This document shows positions 6,429 to 11,826 of a DNA stretch of 15,566 bases, piece by piece; position 1 is the stretch's first letter, and each line of letters begins with the position of its first letter. The stretch is from contig JBFGJG010000072.1 of assembly GCA_041577295.1 (NCBI GenBank), positions 1-15,566 of the forward strand, written 5' to 3'. The position numbers and the translations under genes were made by a program. Origin of the DNA: Gemmatimonadales bacterium. GTDB lineage: Bacteria > Gemmatimonadota > Gemmatimonadetes > Gemmatimonadales > GWC2-71-9. The notes under the pieces are model-generated. The model had not been told where the DNA came from, searched no databases, and saw only the letters and a list, made by a program, of their open reading frames with translations.

Positions 6429-9122
6429 GTGGCTGATACCTTTGAGCGGCTGAAAACCGCCCTTGCCGACCGCTATGTGATCGAGCGGGAACTGGGGAGC
6501 GGTGGCATGGCTACGGTGTATCTCGCCGAGGACCTAAAGCACGAGCGCAAGGTCGCGGTCAAAGTCCTCCGGCCTGACTTGGCGTCCGCGCTCGGACCAG
6601 AGCGGTTTCTCCGCGAAATCAAGATCGCGGCGCAACTCCATCACCCACACATCTTGCCCCTCCACGATTCGGGCGAAGCCGACGGCTTCCTCTTCTACGT
6701 CATGCCCTACGAGGCAGGCCAAACGCTCCGTGAGAAGTTGGCAAAGGAAGTCGAGCTACCCGTCCTGGAGGCCGTGCGCGTTCTCAGAGACATCGTGGAT
6801 GCCTTGGCCTATGCGCACGAGCAGGGAGTGGTGCACCGCGACATCAAGCCAGACAATGTGATGCTGTCCGGTCGCCACGCCTTGGTAACGGACTTCGGTG
6901 TCGCCAAGGCGGTGGACGAGGCGACCGGGCGAGAGCAGCTCACGACTGCTGGTGTCGCGCTCGGCACTCCGGCTTACATGGCGCCCGAGCAAGCCTCGGC
7001 CGATCCCCATCTGGATCATCGCGTGGATATCTATGCGGTGGGCGCCGTGGCGTATGAACTGTTGACCGGGCGTCCGGTCTTCATGGGCACGACGCCGCAA
7101 ATGGTGCTCTCGGCGCACATGACTGAAGCACCACAACCGGTGACGAAGCACCGCGACACCGTGTCCCCCGCACTGGAATCCGTCGTGATGCGGTGCCTGG
7201 AGAAGAAGCCGGCGGATCGCTGGCAGAGTGCCGAGGAGTTGTTGCCACACTTGGACGCGTTGGCGACGCCGAGCGCTGGGATGACGCCGACAGACATGCG
7301 GCCGCTTGCAGCGACTCCGGTCAAGAGACGCTGGCTCGTACCGGCGGCATTGGGAGGTGTCGGCGCGGTAGTCGTGGTGGGCGTCCTGGGGACACAACTA
7401 ATGAAGAGTCGCCCGATCACCGTGACCACGTCCAACATCCGCGCAGTGACGACTGAACCGGGACTGGAGTGGCAACCCGCGTTGTCGCCGGACGGCAGTC
7501 AGGTGGCGTTTGTGGCGCGCCGTGACGGGAGGCAGTCAGTTGTCATTCGCAGCACACGCAGCATAGCCGGAAGTGGTGAGCTGACGCCCACTGAGGGCGT
7601 GCACGACGCTCACGAGTGGCTTCCCGTGTGGAGTCCGGACGGTGAGTCCGTTCGCTTTCATGGCTGTCCTCCTGAGCGTGGATGTCCGTGGATGGAAACG
7701 CAGAGATTGGGAGGCTCGATCCGCGCGGCTGACCTGCCACGGCCCGATATCTGGGTATCATGGTCGCCTGACGGTTCTCGCATCGCATTCTACCCGTGGA
7801 AGTCGCTTTTTGAGGTGAATAAAAGCGATGACAGCATCTTCACTCATTTGATTTCCGATGGCACCACCACGTTGCTCTCTGTCCCCGACGAAAGGATGAA
7901 TTGGATTTATGCGCCGGTGTGGTCACCCGACGGGAGGTGGATTGCCTATGAGGAGGGGTGCCCTGGTTGGATCTTCTATTTTCAACTGTGTTCGAGTTCT
8001 ATCTGGATCGTCGATAGCGAGGGTGGCGAGCGTTTGCGAGTGACCGGGGACTATTTCTCGGATATCAGCCCCGCTTGGCTCGATGCCGATCACCTGTTGT
8101 TCGTGTCCAATCGCGACGGCCCGCGAGAGGTGTACGTCGTAGAGATCGGACCTACGGGACCTGTCGGAGCGCCACGGAAGGTGGCGGGAGTGACCGATGC
8201 CCACACCATCTCCTATTCCGTCGCCGGGAGGAAGCTGGCGTTTGCAAAGGCCACGCTACGCCAGAACGTGTGGTCGTATCCCATCGAGTCAGATGCCGTG
8301 TCGATAGGCGACGGCCACGCTGTGACCGACGACAATGCTATCATCGAGGCCCACGACGTGTCGCCCAACGGCAGGTGGATCGTTTACTCCTCGAACCTGC
8401 GGGGCAACAAGGACCTCTACAGGAGACCCGTAGAGGGTGGCAACCCCTCCTCCATCGCCGACGGCCCTGCAACTGAGTTTGACCCCCGCTGGTCACCCGA
8501 TGGAACCGAGATCGCTTTCCACAAGCAGCTCGATGGTCTAACAAACGGGGTGATGGTGCTTCCGGCGGACGGAGGCACCCCGCTCCAGGTGGCGAGTGCC
8601 CGGAACGCTTGGCTCCCCTCGTGGTCGCCGAGTGGATTGGATCTTGTGTTCCACTCGAACCAGACGGGACAGAACGAGGCGTGGGTCGTGTCGCGTGAGG
8701 CTATCGGCGGGCCCTGGGGTGAGGCGACCCAGATGACTGACCTTGGCTGTCACCCCTCGGATTGGGCACCAGACGGCAGCGGAGTGTTATGTCAGGTGAG
8801 TGGGGAGATTGTGCTCGTGTCGCGGGAAGGAGAAATCCTGTGGCGCTACGATCCCTCGACCGCCGGGCTAGTGATCTCAAGCACCTACCAGAGGTTTTCC
8901 AGGGACGGCTCGACCATTTATACAGAAGCTAGTCATGAAGACAGTTCCAAAGGGATTTGGGCCATTCCAGTGCGGGGCGGCGAGGCGAGGCTCGTTATTG
9001 CCTATGACCATCCCGAATCCTTCGCCGCGTGGTGGCTTACGGTCGGTCGCGACCGCCTTTATCTCACGGTGCGACAGGCCGAGGTCGACATCTGGGTGGC
9101 GGATGTGGAAGTGGAGCGGTAG
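6429..9122 (+). CDS. Hanks-type Ser/Thr protein kinase (kinase 3): kinase domain, TM helix and PD40/TolB-type beta-propeller
   Basis: Motifs GSGGMATVY, VAVKVL, HRDIKPDN, DFG and GTPAYMAPEQ. Hydrophobic segment WLVPAALGGVGAVVVVGVLG, then many P-x-WSPDG repeats. Confidence 0.95.
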   Translation: MADTFERLKTALADRYVIERELGSGGMATVYLAEDLKHERKVAVKVLRPDLASALGPERFLREIKIAAQLHHPHILPLHDSGEADGFLFYVMPYEAGQTLREKLAKEVELPVLEAVRVLRDIVDALAYAHEQGVVHRDIKPDNVMLSGRHALVTDFGVAKAVDEATGREQLTTAGVALGTPAYMAPEQASADPHLDHRVDIYAVGAVAYELLTGRPVFMGTTPQMVLSAHMTEAPQPVTKHRDTVSPALESVVMRCLEKKPADRWQSAEELLPHLDALATPSAGMTPTDMRPLAATPVKRRWLVPAALGGVGAVVVVGVLGTQLMKSRPITVTTSNIRAVTTEPGLEWQPALSPDGSQVAFVARRDGRQSVVIRSTRSIAGSGELTPTEGVHDAHEWLPVWSPDGESVRFHGCPPERGCPWMETQRLGGSIRAADLPRPDIWVSWSPDGSRIAFYPWKSLFEVNKSDDSIFTHLISDGTTTLLSVPDERMNWIYAPVWSPDGRWIAYEEGCPGWIFYFQLCSSSIWIVDSEGGERLRVTGDYFSDISPAWLDADHLLFVSNRDGPREVYVVEIGPTGPVGAPRKVAGVTDAHTISYSVAGRKLAFAKATLRQNVWSYPIESDAVSIGDGHAVTDDNAIIEAHDVSPNGRWIVYSSNLRGNKDLYRRPVEGGNPSSIADGPATEFDPRWSPDGTEIAFHKQLDGLTNGVMVLPADGGTPLQVASARNAWLPSWSPSGLDLVFHSNQTGQNEAWVVSREAIGGPWGEATQMTDLGCHPSDWAPDGSGVLCQVSGEIVLVSREGEILWRYDPSTAGLVISSTYQRFSRDGSTIYTEASHEDSSKGIWAIPVRGGEARLVIAYDHPESFAAWWLTVGRDRLYLTVRQAEVDIWVADVEVER

Positions 9123-9165
9123 GGGACGGCGAGGTCCTGGTAATCAGAGAAACCCGTGACCCTTG

Positions 9166-9262
9166 AGAGCAGGACTCGACTCGTCGAGCGGCGGCGCGTG
9201 CGCGCAGCGGACGAGCCGGCGGTTCGAGCGAGATCCTGGCGGGCGCGACAAAGGCCGCGACA
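9166..9262 (+). repeat. Most complete copy (A) of the tRNA-Trp-related repeat, immediately 3' of tRNA-Trp
   Basis: GCAGGACTCGA (9169-9179) is identical to 9293-9303 in the tRNA. GGTTCGAG-cgaga-TCCTGGCGGGC (9221-9244) resembles the tRNA sense 3' end GGTTCGAGTCCTGCCGGGC. Confidence 0.85.
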
Positions 9263-9281
9263 CCGTCGCGGCCATTTGTCG
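9246..9281. terminator. Probable intrinsic terminator, possibly bidirectional, between kinase 3 and the tRNA pair
   Basis: CGACAAA-GGCCGCGAC-ACC-GTCGCGGCC-A-TTTGTCG: a perfect 9-bp GC stem with short T-tracts on both strands, between convergent genes. Confidence 0.65.
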
Positions 9282-9284
9282 TAG

Positions 9285-9357
9285 CAGGCCCGGCAGGACT
9301 CGAACCTGCAACCCCCGGTTTTGGAGACCGGTGCTCTACCAATTGAGCTACGAGCCT
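9285..9357 (-). tRNA. trnW: tRNA-Trp (CCA anticodon), 3' CCA not encoded
   Basis: AGGCTCGTAGCTCAATTGGTAGAGCACCGGTCTCCAAAACCGGGGGTTGCAGGTTCGAGTCCTGCCGGGCCTG folds as a cloverleaf. Anticodon arm CCGGT-CT-CCA-AA-ACCGG, discriminator G73, followed by CTA. Confidence 0.97.
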
Positions 9358-9364
9358 AAAGTCA

Positions 9365-9436
9365 ATTGCAGAGTGCAGAATGCAGAGTTCAGAATGGAAT
9401 TGCAGATTCTGCACTCTGCACTCTGCAATCTGCACT
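9365..9436. repeat. Heptamer (TGCAGA[G/A]) tandem repeats arranged as a long inverted repeat in the tRNA spacer
   Basis: 9365-9388 (ATTGCAGAGTGCAGAATGCAGAGT) matches the reverse complement of 9406-9429 (ATTGCAGAGTGCAGAGTGCAGAAT) at 22/24. Confidence 0.9.
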
Positions 9437-9442
9437 CCCAGG

Positions 9443-9517
9443 GGTGGCTGAGGGGACTTGAACCCCCAACCTCCGGAGCCACAGTCCGGCGCTCTAACCG
9501 GTTGAGCTACAGCCACC
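9443..9517 (-). tRNA. trnH: tRNA-His (GTG anticodon), encoded G-1, 3' CCA not encoded
   Basis: G-GTGGCTG...CAGCCAC-C acceptor stem with G-1:C73. Anticodon arm CCGGA-CT-GTG-GC-TCCGG, T-loop TTCAAGT, followed by CCT. Confidence 0.97.
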
Positions 9518-9551
9518 ATGGCACCCGCCCGTAAATACGGGCAAGCAATGC

Positions 9552-9580
9552 AACCTATCGGAGCCATTTCGGCTGGGCAA
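9552..9580 (-). promoter_or_regulatory. Possible sigma70 promoter for the tRNA-His/tRNA-Trp pair
   Basis: Minus strand TTGCCC (9580-9575), 17 bp spacer, TAGGTT (9557-9552), about 35 nt upstream of tRNA-His. Confidence 0.45.
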
Positions 9581-9613
9581 GCATTGCCGAGGGGCAGGGT
9601 GACCGTGCGATCG

Positions 9614-10129
9614 TCAGGCGAACGGATTCTCGTCGGCGGTCCTCCCGTAGGTGACCGGCACAGGAACATCCAGCAGCCGAAGGTACACCGAGAGCTGCCC
9701 GCGGTGATGGTAGAGATGGTTCATCATGAGGCTCCGCGCCAGCGCGATCTTTGGCATCGACCACAGCTCTTGGCCGCCCTTGGTGAGAGTCCACTCCGAC
9801 GTGGCGCGGTCATTGTCCAACGCCTCGAGCTTCGCCTTGGCGTTGGCCTGCGCCGCGTGAAAGCGCTCGAGGATCGCGGACTTCGACGCCGGCACTTCCG
9901 GCTCGAAGTTCGCCTCCTCCAAGTCGAAGCCGTCCAACTCCAGGAAGTCGCCCACGTTACCGCACACCGTCGCCACGTGGAGGGCGAGCTGGCCCATTGT
10001 CATCGATTTCGGGTGGGGCTTCCAGGTGAGCTTGTCGGCCGGCACGCGCTCCAGCATCCGCTTGGTAGCCTGCGCCTCCTGCTCCAGCTCGGCGAGCATC
10101 GGGTCGACGGTCCGCAAGGTCGTGGTCAT
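9614..10129 (-). CDS. DinB family protein (171 aa; start re-called from 10204 to ATG 10129)
   Basis: WKPHPKSMTMGQLALHVA...NHLYHHRGQLSVYLRLL..P..YG is typical of DinB. Strong RBS AAGGGAGGT (10145-10137) precedes the ATG at 10129. Confidence 0.92.
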   Translation of the reverse strand: MTTTLRTVDPMLAELEQEAQATKRMLERVPADKLTWKPHPKSMTMGQLALHVATVCGNVGDFLELDGFDLEEANFEPEVPASKSAILERFHAAQANAKAKLEALDNDRATSEWTLTKGGQELWSMPKIALARSLMMNHLYHHRGQLSVYLRLLDVPVPVTYGRTADENPFA

Positions 10130-10189
10130 GGCTGATACCTCCCTTAGGTGAGAGTCTGTGAAGTTCGAGCCGGCTGACGGCGCGGCGAA

Positions 10190-10241
10190 ACTTGCACTTC
10201 GCAAGTGAACAATGTACGGGCATGACTTGCATTACACAAGT
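10190..10241. promoter_or_regulatory. Two 17-bp palindromic operators, probably bound by the HxlR-family regulator
   Basis: ACTTGC-ACTTC-GCAAGT (10190-10206, perfect 6-5-6) and ACTTGC-ATTAC-ACAAGT (10225-10241), 35 bp apart in the divergent intergenic region. Confidence 0.8.
10211..10239 (-). promoter_or_regulatory. Sigma70-type promoter for the DinB gene
   Basis: Minus strand TTGTGT (10239-10234), 17 bp spacer, TACATT (10216-10211). Confidence 0.6.
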
Positions 10242-10254
10242 GATATGTTAAGAT
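10227..10254 (+). promoter_or_regulatory. Sigma70-type extended -10 promoter for the HxlR gene, probably leaderless
   Basis: TTGCAT (10227-10232), 16 bp spacer, TAAGAT (10249-10254) preceded by TGn. The ATG is 6 nt downstream and has no SD. Confidence 0.6.
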
Positions 10255-10260
10255 ATTGCC

Positions 10261-10683
10261 ATGGAAAGAGATCGAAGATCGAGCTGCCCCATTGCCTATA
10301 GCCTCGACCTCCTCGGAGACCGGTGGACTCTTCTGGTCTTGCGGGACATGCTGTTTGGCGGGAAGCGGTTCTACCGTGAATTCCTCGACGCGCCCGAGGG
10401 GATCGCCACCAACATCTTGGCCGAGCGTCTGCGCCGCCTCGAGGGAGCCGGGCTGGTCGCCAAACGGCGCGACCCGGCGGACGGGAAGCGGAACATCTAC
10501 ACCCTGACGGAGAAGGGGCTCGACACGCTCCCAATCCTCTTCGAGTTGATCGCCTGGGGTGCCAGATACGATGCCGCGACCGGCGCGCCCGCGGTGTTCA
10601 CCGAGCGGTTGCACGCCGACCGCGAAGGGCTCATGGCTGAGATCCGGGCCGGCGCCACCCGCGCGGCCGAAGCCGAAGGGTGA
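10261..10683 (+). CDS. HxlR/DUF24-family winged-helix transcriptional regulator
   Basis: RSSCPIAYSLDLLGDRWTLLVLRD...GIATNILAERLRRLEGAGLV...YTLTEKG. N-terminal Cys-Pro as in redox-sensing members of the family. Confidence 0.95.
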   Translation: MERDRRSSCPIAYSLDLLGDRWTLLVLRDMLFGGKRFYREFLDAPEGIATNILAERLRRLEGAGLVAKRRDPADGKRNIYTLTEKGLDTLPILFELIAWGARYDAATGAPAVFTERLHADREGLMAEIRAGATRAAEAEG

Positions 10684-10801
10684 GCTGGGCCGGTCGCGCC
10701 GAAGGGACGGCCGTGGAGCCGAGCATCTAGCGGCGCGGGGAAGCCCAGCGGTACCGCCCGGGCGATGCTGTGAATCCGCGCCAGCGCCGCGTCTACTCCC
10801 T

Positions 10802-11548
10802 CTACCGTTTCTTCCCTTGTGCTGCCACCGCCGCCTGGGCTGCCTTCACGGCCGCTGGATCGCCGAGGTAGTAGCTGCGAATCGGTGACAAGTCATCCTT
10901 GAGCTCGTAGACCAGGGGAATGCCGGTTGGGATGTTGAGCCCCACGATGTCCTCATCGGACACGTCGTCGAGGTATTTCACGAGGGCCCGAAGGCTGTTC
11001 CCGTGGGCTGAGATCAGCACGCGATCGCCACGTTCCACCACCGGCGCAATGTCCAGTTCCCAGTACGGCAGAAACCGATTCACGGTGTCCTTGAGGCACT
11101 CGGCGAGTGGAATATCCTCGGGGGCGACCTTGGCGTAGCGGGGGTCGTTCCGAGGGTTGCGCGGATCACTCGGCTCGAGCGCCGGCGGACGGATATCGTA
11201 GCTCCGGCGCCAGATGTGGACTTGCCGCTCCCCGTGCTTGGCTGCCGTCTCCGCCTTGTTGAGCCCCTGCAGGGCCCCGTAGTGCCGCTCGTTGAGCCGC
11301 CAGCTCCGGCGGACGGGGATCCACATGAGGTCCATCTCCTCGAGGGCCAGCCACAGCGTCTTGATGGCCCGCTTGAGCACCGACGTATAGGCGATGTCGA
11401 ACGTAAACCCCTCTTCCATCATGAGCTTCCCAGCCTCGACCGCCTCCTCCACCCCCTTGGGCGTCAGCCCAACATCCGTCCAGCCGGTAAAGCGGTTTTC
11501 CTTGTTCCACGTGCTCTCACCATGCCGCAGCAGTACCAACCGTTTCAT
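10802..11548 (-). CDS. gpmA: 2,3-bisphosphoglycerate-dependent phosphoglycerate mutase
   Basis: [43 protein letters not shown] and [12 protein letters not shown]; 248 aa. Confidence 0.98.
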   Translation of the reverse strand: MKRLVLLRHGESTWNKENRFTGWTDVGLTPKGVEEAVEAGKLMMEEGFTFDIAYTSVLKRAIKTLWLALEEMDLMWIPVRRSWRLNERHYGALQGLNKAETAAKHGERQVHIWRRSYDIRPPALEPSDPRNPRNDPRYAKVAPEDIPLAECLKDTVNRFLPYWELDIAPVVERGDRVLISAHGNSLRALVKYLDDVSDEDIVGLNIPTGIPLVYELKDDLSPIRSYYLGDPAAVKAAQAAVAAQGKKR

Positions 11549-11764
11549 TCTGTCACCCTTCGGTAGTCTATCCTTTATTCCCGCTACACTCTCTACCCTG
11601 TCTGGTCAATCTGACGAAACCCTTACAGCGCACAGACCGTTTCTGTACCGAGAGGAAACCGTGTCATCACCTGGCCGTGCCGAAACGGGGACACATTACG
11701 ATCGGCCACGAGGGACCATCACCTCAGAAGCAACCCTTTGGGACCTGGTGGCATCAAAGAGAAC

Positions 11765-11789
11765 GAAACCACATCACGTCGCACACGTA
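11765..11789 (+). promoter_or_regulatory. ECF-sigma-like promoter upstream of the DUF5916 gene
   Basis: GAAAC (11765-11769), 16 bp spacer, CGTA (11786-11789). Resembles the TGAAAC-N16-CGTA SigW-type consensus. Confidence 0.5.
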
Positions 11790-11826
11790 GTGACAAATCG
11801 CCAGGCTTCGCACCTTGGGAGGGGAC

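Noticed and set aside
223..9262. Repeat family as a CRISPR array or canonical integron attC array
   Set aside because: Copies are kilobases apart and divergent, with no cas or intI gene. No consistent RYYYAAC...GTTRRRY ends, and the intervening genes lie in both orientations.
9166..9262. Repeat copy A as a third tRNA or tRNA pseudogene
   Set aside because: It has GGTTCGA and a 3'-end-like segment but no D-arm, anticodon arm or matching acceptor 5' strand that I could find.
9064..9669. 201-aa and 123-aa ORFs across the tRNA region
   Set aside because: They are translations of tRNA genes and repeats.
10130..10204. 25-aa N-terminal extension of DinB in the ORF track
   Set aside because: The TTG start lies within the operator, whereas ATG 10129 has a strong SD and gives a typical DinB length.
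10684..10801. GC-rich inverted segments between convergent HxlR and gpmA
   Set aside because: Only short or imperfect stems with no U-tract, so no terminator or repeat copy can be called.
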